A DNA stretch of 64,000 bases, taken from an uncultured Clostridia bacterium (lineage in GTDB: Bacteria > Bacillota > Clostridia > CAKSNL01 > HGM11501). The stretch covers positions 40,989 through 104,988 of the forward strand of contig CAKSNL010000005.1 in assembly GCA_934476235.1 (NCBI GenBank), in the 5' to 3' direction. Shown piece by piece: positions 39,453 through 49,993 of this stretch. Position numbers and translations under genes: made by a program. Position 1 is the first letter of the stretch. Every line of letters begins with the position of its first letter. Below the pieces are notes generated by a model that did not search any database, was not told the DNA's origin, and saw nothing but the letters and a program-made list of their open reading frames with translations.

Positions 39453-41261
39453 ATGACTAAATCGAGAATGGAGCGCATAAGAAATTTTTCGATCATTGCG
39501 CACATTGACCACGGAAAATCCACGCTTGCCGACAGACTTATCGAGCTTACGGGAACGGTCGAAAAGCGGGATATGGACAATCAGATACTTGACGATATGG
39601 AGCTTGAAAGGGAGCGCGGCATAACGATAAAGGCGCGCGCCGTAAGACTCTTTTATGACTATGAAGGGGAGACGTACGAGCTTAACCTTATAGATACTCC
39701 CGGTCACGTTGACTTTAACTATGAGGTATCGAGAAGCCTTGCAGCATGCGAGGGCGCGGTCTTGGTGGTTGACGCATCACAGGGAATCGAGGCACAGACT
39801 CTGGCAAACACGTATCTCGCGCTTGACGCGGATCTTGAAATAATGCCCGTTATAAATAAGATAGACCTTCCGAGTGCGAGACCTGAAGAGATCGCAAAGG
39901 AAATTGAGGATGTTATAGGCATCCCAGCGGATGACGCTCCGAGAATTTCCGCGAAGACGGGGCTTAATGTGGAGTCCGTTCTTTCGGCAATCGTAGAAAA
40001 AATACCCGCACCGACGGGGGACGAAAAAGCGCCCTTAAAGGCGCTGATATTCGATTCTTACTATGACAGTTATAAAGGAGTTATCGTTTACTGCCGCATA
40101 AGAGAAGGCAGCGTGTCTCCGGGGCAGAAGATAAGATTTATGGCAACCGGTAAGGAATTTGAGGTTGTTGAGACGGGTTATTTAAAGCCCGAAAAAATGG
40201 AGGCGACCGATTCGCTTAAAGCCGGCGAGGTCGGATACATCACCGCGAGCATAAAAAGCGTGCGCGATGTAAGAGTCGGCGACACTGTAACCTTGGCGTC
40301 AAAACCCGCCGATGATCCGCTTCCCGGATACAAGGCGGTAAATCCCATGGTTTTCTGCGGCATCTATCCGGCGGACGGGTCGAAGTACGGCGACCTGCGT
40401 GACGCGCTTGAAAAATTAAAGCTTAACGACGCGTCGCTCACATTTGAAGCGGAAACGTCACAGGCTCTCGGCTTCGGATTCAGATGCGGATTTTTGGGAC
40501 TTCTTCACATGGAGGTCATTCAGGAACGCTTGGAGCGCGAATACAATCTGGACCTTGTTACCACGGCGCCCAGCGTTGTGTATAAAATTACAAAGACGGA
40601 CGGGGAGACGGTGATGGTCGACAATCCCGCGAACCTTCCGAAGCCTTCGGAGATTGAGACAATGTATGAGCCCATGGTCAAGGCGGATATAATGACGCCG
40701 ACGGAATATGTCGGCTCTATAATGGAGCTTTGCCAGGACAGGCGCGGAGTGTATAACGGAATGACATATATTGACGAGGGCAGAACGCAGATACACTACG
40801 AGCTTCCGTTAAATGAAATTATTTATGACTTTTTCGACGCGTTAAAGTCCAGAACAAAGGGCTATGCTTCGTTTGACTATGAGCTTTCGGGCTACGCCGA
40901 GAGCAAGCTTGTCAAGCTTGATATTTTATTAAACGGCGACCTTGTGGATGCGCTTTCTTTCATAGTTCATGAAGAAAAGGCGTATGCCCGCGCGAGAAGA
41001 ATAGCCGAGAAGCTTAAAGAGGTCATTCCGCGCCAGCTTTTCGAAATTCCGATCCAGGCGGCGATCGGCTCCAAGATAATTGCCCGCGAAACCGTTAAAG
41101 CGATGAGGAAGGACGTTTTGGCTAAGTGCTACGGCGGTGATATAACCAGAAAGAAAAAGCTTCTTGAAAAACAGAAGGAAGGAAAGAAAAGGATGCGCCA
41201 GGTCGGCACCGTTGAAGTGCCGCAGGAGGCATTCATGGCAGTGCTCAAGCTTGATGAATAA
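39453..41261 (+). CDS. lepA: translation elongation factor 4 (LepA)
   Basis: [22 protein letters not shown]1 motif, [12 protein letters not shown] and the LepA C-terminal domain. The track start at 39219 overlaps mgsA out of frame. Confidence 0.95.
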   Translation: MTKSRMERIRNFSIIAHIDHGKSTLADRLIELTGTVEKRDMDNQILDDMELERERGITIKARAVRLFYDYEGETYELNLIDTPGHVDFNYEVSRSLAACEGAVLVVDASQGIEAQTLANTYLALDADLEIMPVINKIDLPSARPEEIAKEIEDVIGIPADDAPRISAKTGLNVESVLSAIVEKIPAPTGDEKAPLKALIFDSYYDSYKGVIVYCRIREGSVSPGQKIRFMATGKEFEVVETGYLKPEKMEATDSLKAGEVGYITASIKSVRDVRVGDTVTLASKPADDPLPGYKAVNPMVFCGIYPADGSKYGDLRDALEKLKLNDASLTFEAETSQALGFGFRCGFLGLLHMEVIQERLEREYNLDLVTTAPSVVYKITKTDGETVMVDNPANLPKPSEIETMYEPMVKADIMTPTEYVGSIMELCQDRRGVYNGMTYIDEGRTQIHYELPLNEIIYDFFDALKSRTKGYASFDYELSGYAESKLVKLDILLNGDLVDALSFIVHEEKAYARARRIAEKLKEVIPRQLFEIPIQAAIGSKIIARETVKAMRKDVLAKCYGGDITRKKKLLEKQKEGKKRMRQVGTVEVPQEAFMAVLKLDE

Positions 41262-42324
41262 CGGAATATACATTCACATTCCATTTTGCCTTTCGAAGTG
41301 CGCCTACTGTGATTTTAATTCAAAAGCGGGCGCGCTTTCCATGGCGGAGGATTACATAGCCGCGCTTATCGGCGAAATGGAGATGTTTAAAGGCGTCGGA
41401 GCGGACAGCGTATATTTGGGCGGCGGAACGCCGACGGTGTTATCGTGCGGGCTTTTGGAAAAGCTTTTATGTGCGGTAAACGGTATTTTTAAGCTTTCCG
41501 GCGATACGGAGTTTACCGTAGAGTCGAACCCGGCGACGGCGGACTTTAATAAATACAGACTCTTAAGAGAATACGGTGTGAACCGCCTGAGTATTGGAGT
41601 TCAGTCTTTTTTGGATAATGAGCTTAAAGCCCTTTCGCGAATTCATTCGGCAGAAGATGGCGAAAAAGCGGTCAATGAAGCAAGAAAAGCCGGGTTTGAT
41701 AATATCGGGATCGACCTTATGGAGGGGATTCCCTGTCAGAGTGTGGAAAGCCTTTCTTATTCGCTTAATAAAGCAATCTCGCTCGGAACCAAGCACATGA
41801 GCGTATACTCGCTTATAATCGAAGAGGGAACGCCGTTTTATGAGAATACCCCGAAGCTTCCCGATGAGGACGTAGAACGCGAAATGTACAAAACAGTGAA
41901 AAAAGTGCTTTCGGAAAACGGATTTTCACATTATGAAATATCAAATTATGCGAAAGAGGGTTACCGTTCGCGGCACAATACGAAGTACTGGACCCGGGAG
42001 CCTTATTACGGATTCGGCGCGGGCGCACATTCGTTTTACGGCGGCGTGAGATACGAAAACATATGCGATATAAAGGGATATATCATGGCGGAAAACAAAA
42101 CCGCCGGCAAAACCGCGATATCCGAAAAAGAAGCGGAGTACGAACGCTTTATGTTAGGATTCAGGATGCTTGACGGGTTTGATACAAAAGGGTTTTTCCC
42201 GGAAAAAATTGAAAAACTGGAAAAGGAGGGACTCATCGTGCGCGAAGGAACATATGCACGGCTTTCTGAGCGCGGGGAGGACCTTGCCAATCTTGTATTT
42301 ATGGAATTTTTGGGTGATGACTGA
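41254..42324 (+). CDS. hemW: radical SAM heme chaperone HemW (HemN-like)
   Basis: [17 protein letters not shown] cluster. lepA-hemW synteny. The start overlaps the lepA stop (ATGAATAA). Confidence 0.88.
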   Translation: MNNGIYIHIPFCLSKCAYCDFNSKAGALSMAEDYIAALIGEMEMFKGVGADSVYLGGGTPTVLSCGLLEKLLCAVNGIFKLSGDTEFTVESNPATADFNKYRLLREYGVNRLSIGVQSFLDNELKALSRIHSAEDGEKAVNEARKAGFDNIGIDLMEGIPCQSVESLSYSLNKAISLGTKHMSVYSLIIEEGTPFYENTPKLPDEDVEREMYKTVKKVLSENGFSHYEISNYAKEGYRSRHNTKYWTREPYYGFGAGAHSFYGGVRYENICDIKGYIMAENKTAGKTAISEKEAEYERFMLGFRMLDGFDTKGFFPEKIEKLEKEGLIVREGTYARLSERGEDLANLVFMEFLGDD

Positions 42325-42749
42325 TGAAAAAATTATCGGCACGCGAAAGTGCGGTCAGAAGGTGCTGCCTTTCAAAGCATACCAGAAAAACTCTGGAATT
42401 AAAGCTTCGTGCAAAGGGGTTTTCCGAGGAGGAGATAGCCTCCTCGGTCGAAGCGATGGCGGAGAATGGATATATTGATGAAGATGAATATACACGTGCT
42501 TTTGTGCGCGACAGCTACAAAATAAAAAGGCACGGGCGTATAAGAATTATTAACGAGCTTGTGCTCAGGGGCATAAGCCGCAGAAAAGCCGAAGAAGCGG
42601 TAAATGAATATGATGCGGACGAATGCGGTATAATCCGCGAGGTAATAGAAAAGCGCTTTGATAAAGATGCGGATAAGGCTAAAATCTTTAAGTATTTTTA
42701 TTCGCGCGGCTTTGAGGCGGATGATATAAGGAGATGTATTGATGAGTAA
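42324..42749 (+). CDS. recX: RecX-family regulatory protein (short form)
   Basis: Repeated three-helix RecX-type units (L..KGFSEEEI...L...GYIDDxxY). 141 aa. Confidence 0.65.
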   Translation: MKKLSARESAVRRCCLSKHTRKTLELKLRAKGFSEEEIASSVEAMAENGYIDEDEYTRAFVRDSYKIKRHGRIRIINELVLRGISRRKAEEAVNEYDADECGIIREVIEKRFDKDADKAKIFKYFYSRGFEADDIRRCIDE

Positions 42750-44073
42750 AAAGGTCGGAATGATATCGCTCGGGTGTTCGAAGAATCTGGTCGATTCTGA
42801 GAATATGCTCGGACTTTTGAAACTGCACGGATATGAAATAACTAAAGATGTTGCCGAGGCGGACGCTATAATCGTGAATACCTGCGCCTTTATTGATTCG
42901 GCAAAACAGGAAAGCATTGATGCGATTTTGGACGCTGCAAAGTATAAAGAAACGGGAAAATGCAAGGCACTTATCTGCGCAGGATGTCTTTCCGAGCGGT
43001 ATAAAGAAGAAATAATGAGGGAGATTCCGGAACTTGACGGAGTTATCGGAGTTAACGACATCGAAAAAATAGTGCTCCTTGTAACAAAAACGCTTTCCGG
43101 AACGAAAACGGAGTATTTTCCGGAGAAGCCGAAGCCGATAAGAGGGCTGCCGAGAGCGGTTACGACTCCTTCGTATACGGCATTTTTAAAGATTGCGGAA
43201 GGATGCGACAATTACTGCAGCTACTGCGCCATTCCTTACATCAGGGGACGGTACAGGAGCAGAAAAATCGAAAGTATTGTAAAGGAAACGAGGAAACTTA
43301 TAGAAAACGGTACAAAAGAAATAATCTTAATTGCACAGGACACATCAAGATACGGAATCGACCTTTATGGAGAAAAGTCGCTTGACAAGCTTTTACATAA
43401 GCTCTGCACAATAGAAAAGCTTAAATGGATAAGAGTTCACTATTGCTATCCCGAAGAAATTACAGAGGAGCTTATAGAGGCATTTAAAACCGAGAAAAAG
43501 ATCATAAAGTACATGGATATCCCGATTCAGCACTGTAATGACAGAATATTAAAACGCATGAACAGGAAAACGACGGGAAATGAGATAAGGGCGCTTATCA
43601 GCCATTTGCGCGGTGAGATTCCCGGCGTTGCAATAAGAACGTCGCTTATCGTGGGATTTCCCGGGGAAACAGAGGAGGAATTTAACGAGCTTTGCGAATT
43701 TGTGCGCGAGATAAAGTTTGACAGGCTCGGCGTATTCGCCTACTCTGCCGAGGAGGGAACTCCGGCTGCAAAAATGGAGGGACAGATTCCGGAGGACGTT
43801 AAGGAGGCGCGCCGCGCCAAAATCATGGCAATTCAAAAGGAAGTTGCCGAAGAGCTCGGAAAAAAGAGAATCGGGAAGGTGCTTAATGTTATCACGGAGG
43901 GCTTTGACAATAACAGCTTCCTTTACTACGGAAGAAGCTATGCGGATTCTCCGGACGTTGACGCAAAGGTTTATTTCGGAGCGCGCTATATTCCGATTCC
44001 GGGCGAGATTGTCAAGGTTAAGATACTTGACTATACCGATTATGACCTGACAGGAGAGATGGTTTATGAATAA
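42742..44073 (+). CDS. rimO: ribosomal protein S12 methylthiotransferase RimO
   Basis: UPF0004 N-domain (SLGCSKNLVDSE), a radical SAM CDNYCSYC cluster and a C-terminal TRAM domain. The ATG lies 7 nt after AAGGAGA. Confidence 0.88.
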   Translation: MSKKVGMISLGCSKNLVDSENMLGLLKLHGYEITKDVAEADAIIVNTCAFIDSAKQESIDAILDAAKYKETGKCKALICAGCLSERYKEEIMREIPELDGVIGVNDIEKIVLLVTKTLSGTKTEYFPEKPKPIRGLPRAVTTPSYTAFLKIAEGCDNYCSYCAIPYIRGRYRSRKIESIVKETRKLIENGTKEIILIAQDTSRYGIDLYGEKSLDKLLHKLCTIEKLKWIRVHYCYPEEITEELIEAFKTEKKIIKYMDIPIQHCNDRILKRMNRKTTGNEIRALISHLRGEIPGVAIRTSLIVGFPGETEEEFNELCEFVREIKFDRLGVFAYSAEEGTPAAKMEGQIPEDVKEARRAKIMAIQKEVAEELGKKRIGKVLNVITEGFDNNSFLYYGRSYADSPDVDAKVYFGARYIPIPGEIVKVKILDYTDYDLTGEMVYE

Positions 44074-44614
44074 TCTTCCGAACAAGCTTACGGTGCTCAG
44101 GATGCTAATGGTTCCGGCGGTCATGTTTTTCATGCTGACAGAGAGCGTTTCGCATCCCGCTTCCGAAATCATCGCGGCGGTGATATTTATAATCGCCTCC
44201 GTGACAGACTGGTTTGACGGACGGATAGCCAGAAAATACAATTTAATAACCAACTTCGGCAAGGTGATGGACCCGCTTGCCGACAAGCTTATAGTTTTTG
44301 CGGCCATACTTTGCCTGATAAGCAAAGGGGTCTTTCCGGTCTGGTGCGCCATGATTATTTTGGCACGCGATTTTCTGGTGACCGGAATGAGAGTTATCGC
44401 CGTGTCCGAAGGTATTTCCGTTGCGGCAAGCATATGGGGCAAGGTAAAAACGACCGTTCAGATGATTGCAATGATTATTTCGATTCTTTTCGGACAAAGC
44501 GAAATTCCGGCTTTATATATTGCAGCGCAGACATCTATTTACCTTGCGACGCTCGCGACCGTTGTATCCGGAGTCAGCTACTGCATCGACTATAAAAAAA
44601 TATTTGAAAAATAA
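44066..44614 (+). CDS. pgsA: CDP-diacylglycerol--glycerol-3-phosphate 3-phosphatidyltransferase
   Basis: CDP-alcohol phosphatidyltransferase motif DWFDGRIAR...G..MDPLADK. Confidence 0.9.
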   Translation: MNNLPNKLTVLRMLMVPAVMFFMLTESVSHPASEIIAAVIFIIASVTDWFDGRIARKYNLITNFGKVMDPLADKLIVFAAILCLISKGVFPVWCAMIILARDFLVTGMRVIAVSEGISVAASIWGKVKTTVQMIAMIISILFGQSEIPALYIAAQTSIYLATLATVVSGVSYCIDYKKIFEK

Positions 44615-44616
44615 GG

Positions 44617-44645
44617 TTGACAGGACGCATAATTTGTGGTATGAT
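44617..44645 (+). promoter_or_regulatory. putative sigma-A promoter with extended -10 for rplU-prp-rpmA
   Basis: TTGACA - 17 nt - TGgTATGAT. Confidence 0.55.
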
Positions 44646-44651
44646 ACTATG

Positions 44652-44737
44652 GTAACCGCATAGACCGGGCTTTTTTAAGTGTTCTTTTTTGGGACCGCCC
44701 GCAATAGCGAGTCTGAATATACAGGGAGGTGCAAAGA
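44652..44737 (+). promoter_or_regulatory. candidate ribosomal protein L21 leader (autoregulatory 5' UTR)
   Basis: About 85 nt of 5' UTR between the promoter and rplU. Possible pairings are CTATG/CATAG, CGGGC/GCCCG and AGAC/GTCT. Firmicutes carry an L21 leader at this position. It was not verified against a covariance model. Confidence 0.35.
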
Positions 44738-45046
44738 ATGTACGCAGTAATCGAGACAGGCGGAAAGCAGTACCAGGTTAAGACCGGCGACGTTGTATTC
44801 GTTGAGAAGATCGACACTGACGCGGAAACCTACACTTTTGATAAGGTTATCGCACTCGGCGGCGAAGGCGATTTAAAGGTTGGAGCTCCTTATGTTGACG
44901 GCGCAACCGTAATCGCAAAGGTACTTAAGCAGACCAAGGGCAAGAAGGTAACGGTTTACCGTTATAAGTCAAAGAAGGGCTATCACAAGAAAAAAGGTCA
45001 CAGACAGCCTTTCACTAAGGTTGAAATCCAGACAATCAATGCATAA
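44738..45046 (+). CDS. rplU: 50S ribosomal protein L21
   Basis: [13 protein letters not shown]-terminus. The ATG lies 8 nt after AGGGAGG. Confidence 0.95.
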   Translation: MYAVIETGGKQYQVKTGDVVFVEKIDTDAETYTFDKVIALGGEGDLKVGAPYVDGATVIAKVLKQTKGKKVTVYRYKSKKGYHKKKGHRQPFTKVEIQTINA

Positions 45047-45369
45047 TGACTGAGGCTACGTTTTATTTTTCCGGCGGAATGATTTGTTCCTTCGGAATCA
45101 AGGGGCACAGCGGATATGACGTGTCGGGATCGGACATTGTATGCGCGGCGATATCGTCAACGGTTTGGATGACGGTTAATGCACTGGAAAATATTTTACA
45201 TCTCGATGTGAAATACAGTGTGGATGACGCGGATGTATTATTGGAGGTCTCCGGCAGGGATATGGCGGATGCGCAGACCTTTTTGGAAGGTTTCAGGCAG
45301 TTTTTATGCAATCTTTCGGCGGAATACGAAAAATATCTCACGGTGAAGGAGGTACAGAGAAATGTTTAA
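45046..45369 (+). CDS. prp: ribosomal-processing cysteine protease Prp
   Basis: 107 aa located between rplU and rpmA. Conserved GH(S/A)G and C residues (KGHSGYD...IVCAAIS). Confidence 0.85.
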   Translation: MTEATFYFSGGMICSFGIKGHSGYDVSGSDIVCAAISSTVWMTVNALENILHLDVKYSVDDADVLLEVSGRDMADAQTFLEGFRQFLCNLSAEYEKYLTVKEVQRNV

Positions 45370-45640
45370 ATTAAACATACAGCTTTTTGCACACAAAAAA
45401 GGTGTCGGCAGCACAAAGAACGGAAGAGACTCGGAATCCAAGAGACTCGGCGTTAAGAGAGCTGACGGTCAGGCTGTTTTGGCAGGAAACATTCTTGTAA
45501 GACAGAGAGGAACTCACATTCATCCCGGTCTTAATGTTTCAAGAGGCAGCGATGATACTTTGTTTGCAACGGCAAACGGAAAAGTTAAATTCGAGAGAAT
45601 GGGCAAGGATAAAAAACAGGTAAGCGTTTATCCTATGTGA
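45362..45640 (+). CDS. rpmA: 50S ribosomal protein L27 (with N-terminal propeptide)
   Basis: MFKLNIQLF|[15 protein letters not shown]. The nine-residue extension before AHKKG is the Prp cleavage substrate. Confidence 0.95.
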   Translation: MFKLNIQLFAHKKGVGSTKNGRDSESKRLGVKRADGQAVLAGNILVRQRGTHIHPGLNVSRGSDDTLFATANGKVKFERMGKDKKQVSVYPM

Positions 45641-45655
45641 TTTTTCGTGCATCAG

Positions 45656-45686
45656 TGCGCAGGGCAATTGCTCTGCGCATTTTTTT
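45656..45686 (+). terminator. intrinsic terminator after rpmA
   Basis: TGCGCAG..GCAATTGC..CTGCGCA hairpin followed by T7. Confidence 0.8.
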
Positions 45687-45703
45687 ATGCGGTTCATCAA
45701 TTA

Positions 45704-45732
45704 TTGACAAAAAACGATTTTTGATATATAAT
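45704..45732 (+). promoter_or_regulatory. putative sigma-A promoter
   Basis: TTGACA - 17 nt - TATAAT. The track ATG at 45731 lies inside the -10, which argues for the ATG at 45767 as the CDS start. Confidence 0.55.
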
Positions 45733-45766
45733 GCAGTATGTATTAATTCGTAAGGCGGTGACCTAT

Positions 45767-46363
45767 ATGCTTGAGATAACATTTGTAAGACACGGACAGG
45801 TCGAAAGCAACACGAGAGGGGCATATATCGGATGGACGAATAAGCCCCTGAATATGGAGGGTATAAATCAGGCGAGGGAAACGGCGTCAAAGCTTGCGGA
45901 CGAAAGGTTTGAGGCGATATACACAAGCCCTCTCGAACGCGCAAAGCACACCGCTGATATTATTAGGGACAAAACCGGCGCAAGAATGATATTGGACGAT
46001 GGGTTAAAGGAGTGGAACTTCGGTATTTTTGACGATCTGACCTCGGAGGCGATTGCGGATAAATATCCGGATGAATATAAAAAGTGGCGCAGCGACTGGT
46101 GGAACTATAAGATTCCGAACGGTGAGAGCGCCAAGGAAGCGTACAGACGGCACGGCGGCGCTGTAAGGGAAATTGTCAAAAGACACCCCGGCGGAGGCAG
46201 AATTCTTATCGTTTCTCACCTTTGCGCACTCAGAAACATGTTTTGCTTTTTGCTCGGCGATGATCCGGGCCTTGCAATGCGGTTTTCAGTTAAAAATGCG
46301 TCTGTAAGCAAAATCGTAATAACCGACGATAACTATGCGGTACTGACCGCGCTTAATTTATAA
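45767..46363 (+). CDS. histidine phosphatase family protein (phosphoglycerate mutase-like)
   Basis: RHG catalytic motif (ITFVRHGQ), SPLERA and a distal H (VSHL). Confidence 0.8.
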   Translation: MLEITFVRHGQVESNTRGAYIGWTNKPLNMEGINQARETASKLADERFEAIYTSPLERAKHTADIIRDKTGARMILDDGLKEWNFGIFDDLTSEAIADKYPDEYKKWRSDWWNYKIPNGESAKEAYRRHGGAVREIVKRHPGGGRILIVSHLCALRNMFCFLLGDDPGLAMRFSVKNASVSKIVITDDNYAVLTALNL

Positions 46364-46388
46364 AAATATTATTAAAGGAGTAATTTAC

Positions 46389-47714
46389 ATGATAAAGATC
46401 GACTATTCAAAAAGCGGAATTACGGCTGAACAGATGGAACATGCCAAGGGGCAGATGCTTGAGGCGAAAAAGTGCGTTGAGCATGGCACCGGCGCGGGAA
46501 GCGATTTTTTAGGCTGGGTGAGACTTCCGGAAAGCTATGATAAAGAAGAATTCGCAAGAATAAAAGAGGCGGCAGAGAAGATAAGAGAAAATTCCGATGT
46601 GCTTGTTGTTGTCGGTATCGGCGGTTCATACCTCGGCGCGCGTGCGGCAATCGAAATGCTTAATTCGTCATTTTGCAATCTCCTTCCCAAGGACAAGAGA
46701 AAAGCTCCGGTAATCGTGTATGCCGGAAACAACATAAGCGGAAACTATATGTATGAGCTTATGGAATACTTAGATGATAAAGATTTTTCTGTAAACGTTA
46801 TAAGCAAGTCCGGAACGACAACGGAGCCGGCAATAGCGTTCAGACTTCTTTGCAATCTTCTTGAGAGAAAGTACGGGACGACAGACGGCAGAATCTATGC
46901 CACAACAGATAAGGCGAAGGGTGCACTCAAGGGCTTTGCGGACGAGAAGGGCTGCCCGACATTTGTCGTTCCCGATGATGTGGGAGGAAGATACTCCGTT
47001 CTTACCGCAGTCGGACTTTTGCCGATCGCGGCGTCGGGAATTGATATTGACGCGATGATGAAGGGCGCTTATGACGCTATGAATGACCTGGAGTCTGACG
47101 ATAACGCATGCACCGAATATGCAAGAATCAGAAACATTTTATACAGACAGGGCAAAACGGTCGAGATACTTGCAAATTACGAGCCCAGACTTCATTATAT
47201 CGGTGAATGGTGGAAACAGCTTTTCGGCGAAAGCGAAGGTAAGGACTCCATGGGCATTTTCCCGGCTGCAGTTGATTTTTCGACAGACCTTCACTCTTTG
47301 GGACAGTATATCCAGGAGGGCAGAAGAAACATTTTCGAAACGGTTCTTACGGTTTCCGAGCCCGACCATGACGTTACGGTCATAAACGACGAAAAGAATA
47401 TTGACGGGCTTAATTTCCTTTCGGGAAAAACAATGAGCTATGTAAACCACAAGGCGTTTTTAGGCACGCTTTTGGCACATACGGACGGAAGCGTTCCGAA
47501 TATCGTGCTCGAAATGGATAAGATGGATGCCTATAACTTCGGATATCTTGTATACTTCTTTGAGAAGGCTTGCGGTATCAGCGGATATATGCTCGGAGTT
47601 AACCCGTTCAACCAGCCCGGTGTTGAGGCGTACAAGAAAAATATGTTCGCTCTCTTAAACAAACCCGGATACGAAGAGGCGGGAAAAATTCTTTCGGAAA
47701 AATTGAAAAAATAA
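46389..47714 (+). CDS. pgi: glucose-6-phosphate isomerase
   Basis: Firmicute-type PGI of 441 aa with the [18 protein letters not shown] and GESEGK motifs. Confidence 0.93.
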   Translation: MIKIDYSKSGITAEQMEHAKGQMLEAKKCVEHGTGAGSDFLGWVRLPESYDKEEFARIKEAAEKIRENSDVLVVVGIGGSYLGARAAIEMLNSSFCNLLPKDKRKAPVIVYAGNNISGNYMYELMEYLDDKDFSVNVISKSGTTTEPAIAFRLLCNLLERKYGTTDGRIYATTDKAKGALKGFADEKGCPTFVVPDDVGGRYSVLTAVGLLPIAASGIDIDAMMKGAYDAMNDLESDDNACTEYARIRNILYRQGKTVEILANYEPRLHYIGEWWKQLFGESEGKDSMGIFPAAVDFSTDLHSLGQYIQEGRRNIFETVLTVSEPDHDVTVINDEKNIDGLNFLSGKTMSYVNHKAFLGTLLAHTDGSVPNIVLEMDKMDAYNFGYLVYFFEKACGISGYMLGVNPFNQPGVEAYKKNMFALLNKPGYEEAGKILSEKLKK

Positions 47715-47715
47715 C

Positions 47716-47744
47716 TTGAAAATTATTCCGTTTTATAGTACAAT
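47716..47744 (+). promoter_or_regulatory. putative sigma-A promoter for the small P-loop gene
   Basis: TTGAAA - 17 nt - TACAAT, directly after the pgi stop. Confidence 0.45.
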
Positions 47745-47792
47745 ATAGATAAGGGAATTGTATTCCGAATAAAAATACTGGAGGTAAATGCT

Positions 47793-48203
47793 ATGTTAAA
47801 GATTATTGTAGGCGAAAAAGGAACTGGCAAGACAAAAACTCTCCTTGATGCGGTTCATGCGGCGTTGGATTCTCAGAAGGGCAGCGTGGTTTTTATCAAT
47901 AAGGGAACGAGACATACTTATGATCTTAATTCACAGGTTCGCCTTGTCAATACCGAGGACTGTATGATCGATAATTACGATATGTTCTACGGTCTTATAT
48001 GCGGAGTTCTCTCGCAGAATTTCGATATAAGCGACATATTTGTTGACAGCATTACAAAGATTGTCGGAATCAACAATATTCCCAAGCTTGAACAGATGCT
48101 TGATAGAGCGGCGGCAGTTTGCGAAAAGGCAAATGCAAATCTGACGATTACGATTACGATCAACGCTGATCTTATCAGCGACGGAATGAAGAAATATCTT
48201 TAA
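47793..48203 (+). CDS. hypothetical small P-loop NTPase (136 aa)
   Basis: Walker A GEKGTGKT at residues 7-14 and a Walker-B-like hhhhD (DIFVDS). GGAGG RBS. I recognise no further family. Confidence 0.55.
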   Translation: MLKIIVGEKGTGKTKTLLDAVHAALDSQKGSVVFINKGTRHTYDLNSQVRLVNTEDCMIDNYDMFYGLICGVLSQNFDISDIFVDSITKIVGINNIPKLEQMLDRAAAVCEKANANLTITITINADLISDGMKKYL

Positions 48204-48280
48204 GAAGCAAAACAAGATGGGGAGCCGGACCCTGGTTCGACTCCCCGTATGTTTATAAGCTTTTGCCCGGAGGTTAGTTT

Positions 48281-49777
48281 ATGATATATCACAGCAGCAA
48301 AGATGTGACAGTTGAAATTTCGGCTGCGGAGGCAATTGTAAAAGGACTTGCCGATGACGGCGGTCTTTTTGTGCCCGAAAGTATACCGAAGCTCAGCCTG
48401 GACGAAATAGTCGCACTGGGGGATATGAGCTACAGTGACAGAGCGGCGAATATAATAGGATTATATCTGACGGATTTCAGACAGAATGAACTCAAGGAGT
48501 GCACTCAGGCAGCGTACACGCGCGAAAAATTTGAAACTGAGAGCATTGCGCCTATATATAAGCTTAACGAACAGACTTATATATTGGAGCTCTGGCACGG
48601 TCCGACGTGCGCTTTCAAGGATATGGCGCTCCAGCTTTTGCCGCACCTTTTAACCGCATCGCTTGAAAAGACGGGGACGGATAAAAGCGTTGCTATTCTT
48701 GTCGCAACAAGCGGAGATACCGGTAAAGCAGCGCTTTCCGGATTTGCCGATGTGCCCGGCACGAAAATTTTTGTTTTCTATCCCACCGGCGGAACATCTG
48801 AGATACAGAAGCTTCAGATGCAGACGCAGGAGGGTGAAAATGTCGGCGTTTTGGCGATTGACGGGAATTTTGACGATGCGCAGAGCGGCGTTAAGAAAAT
48901 ATTTTCAGACCCCGAATTTGCGTCAGAGCTTTCTTTGCGCGGAATTGAGCTTTCAAGCGCCAATTCGATAAACTGGGGGCGGCTTGTTCCGCAGATAGTT
49001 TATTATGTTTCAACGTATGCGGAGCTTGTTAAAAACAAGGAAATAACCTGCGGGGATGAAATAAATGTTTGCGTGCCGACCGGTAATTTCGGTAATATTC
49101 TGGCGGCGTATTATGCAAAAGAAATGGGCGTTCCGATAAAGAAGCTCATCTGCGCGTCAAACAGCAACAATGTTCTCACGGAGTTTATAAGAACGGGTAT
49201 TTATAATAAAAACCGCACATTTGTAACTACAAATTCACCGTCGATGGATATTCTTATTTCAAGCAATCTCGAAAGACTTTTGTATCACATGTCCGACGGG
49301 GATTCGGAACTTGTCGCTTCTCTTATGCGTCAGCTTAACGAAAACGGGGTCTATGAGGTTCCGGATAAGATAAAGTCAAAGCTTTCGGAGCTTTTCTATG
49401 CTGCGTACTGTGACGATAAATTTACCTTGCGAACCATTTCTGATATAGAAAGAAACTATTCGTATGTTATGGATACTCATACGGCGGTTGCCCAGAATGT
49501 TTATGAGCAGTATCTTGCGCAGACGCATGACAGTACGAAGACGGTCATTGCTTCGACCGCCAGCCCGTTTAAGTTTGCGGGCAGTGTCGTTTCCGCGATA
49601 AAGGGAGAGGAAGAGGCGGCAGGTGAGGACGAGTTTAAGCTCATTGATATGCTGTCGGAGCTTTCAAACGAAAAGCCTCCCAAAGCACTTTCCGAGCTGA
49701 AAGACAAAGAAATAAGATTCCCCGGTGTTTGCGCCAAGGATGAGATGAAAGCGGTCGTTGATAAATTTTTGCAGTAA
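48281..49777 (+). CDS. thrC: threonine synthase (long form)
   Basis: PLP-lysine motif (GPTCAFKDMALQ). 498 aa. Confidence 0.9.
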   Translation: MIYHSSKDVTVEISAAEAIVKGLADDGGLFVPESIPKLSLDEIVALGDMSYSDRAANIIGLYLTDFRQNELKECTQAAYTREKFETESIAPIYKLNEQTYILELWHGPTCAFKDMALQLLPHLLTASLEKTGTDKSVAILVATSGDTGKAALSGFADVPGTKIFVFYPTGGTSEIQKLQMQTQEGENVGVLAIDGNFDDAQSGVKKIFSDPEFASELSLRGIELSSANSINWGRLVPQIVYYVSTYAELVKNKEITCGDEINVCVPTGNFGNILAAYYAKEMGVPIKKLICASNSNNVLTEFIRTGIYNKNRTFVTTNSPSMDILISSNLERLLYHMSDGDSELVASLMRQLNENGVYEVPDKIKSKLSELFYAAYCDDKFTLRTISDIERNYSYVMDTHTAVAQNVYEQYLAQTHDSTKTVIASTASPFKFAGSVVSAIKGEEEAAGEDEFKLIDMLSELSNEKPPKALSELKDKEIRFPGVCAKDEMKAVVDKFLQ

Positions 49778-49787
49778 GTAAAAAAAT

Positions 49788-49816
49788 AAAAGGCGGGAAG
49801 ACCCGCCTTTTATTTT
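49788..49816. terminator. bidirectional intrinsic terminator (thrC / DUF1540 convergent)
   Basis: AAAAGGCGGG-AAGA-CCCGCCTTTT hairpin. Confidence 0.8.
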
Positions 49817-49825
49817 ACAGAACGA

Positions 49826-49993
49826 TTAGCAATCGCATCTGTTTTTGAAAGTAGAGCACTCTGTCTCACATGCCTCGCATGCATTGCCGGACTCAACCTT
49901 GATAGAGGCAGCATGGCATGCATGATTCTCGTTGTATGCGCACTTTTCAGCGTCGCAGGTAATTCCGTCCAAACGATGTGTGTTCTTATCCAT
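49826..49993 (-). CDS. DUF1540 domain-containing small Cys/His-rich protein (55 aa)
   Basis: Twofold C-x-x-x-C/H-rich pattern (CDAEKCAYNENHACHA / CEACETECSTF). Start moved to MDKNTH at 49993, which has an upstream AAAGGAAAG. Confidence 0.65.
   Translation of the reverse strand: MDKNTHRLDGITCDAEKCAYNENHACHAASIKVESGNACEACETECSTFKNRCDC

Noticed and set aside
48219-48250. A possible tRNA or tRNA fragment (GGTTCGACTCC).
   Set aside because: No T-stem complementarity beyond 2 bp can be drawn around it, and there is no acceptor, D or anticodon arm. It is only a generic hairpin.
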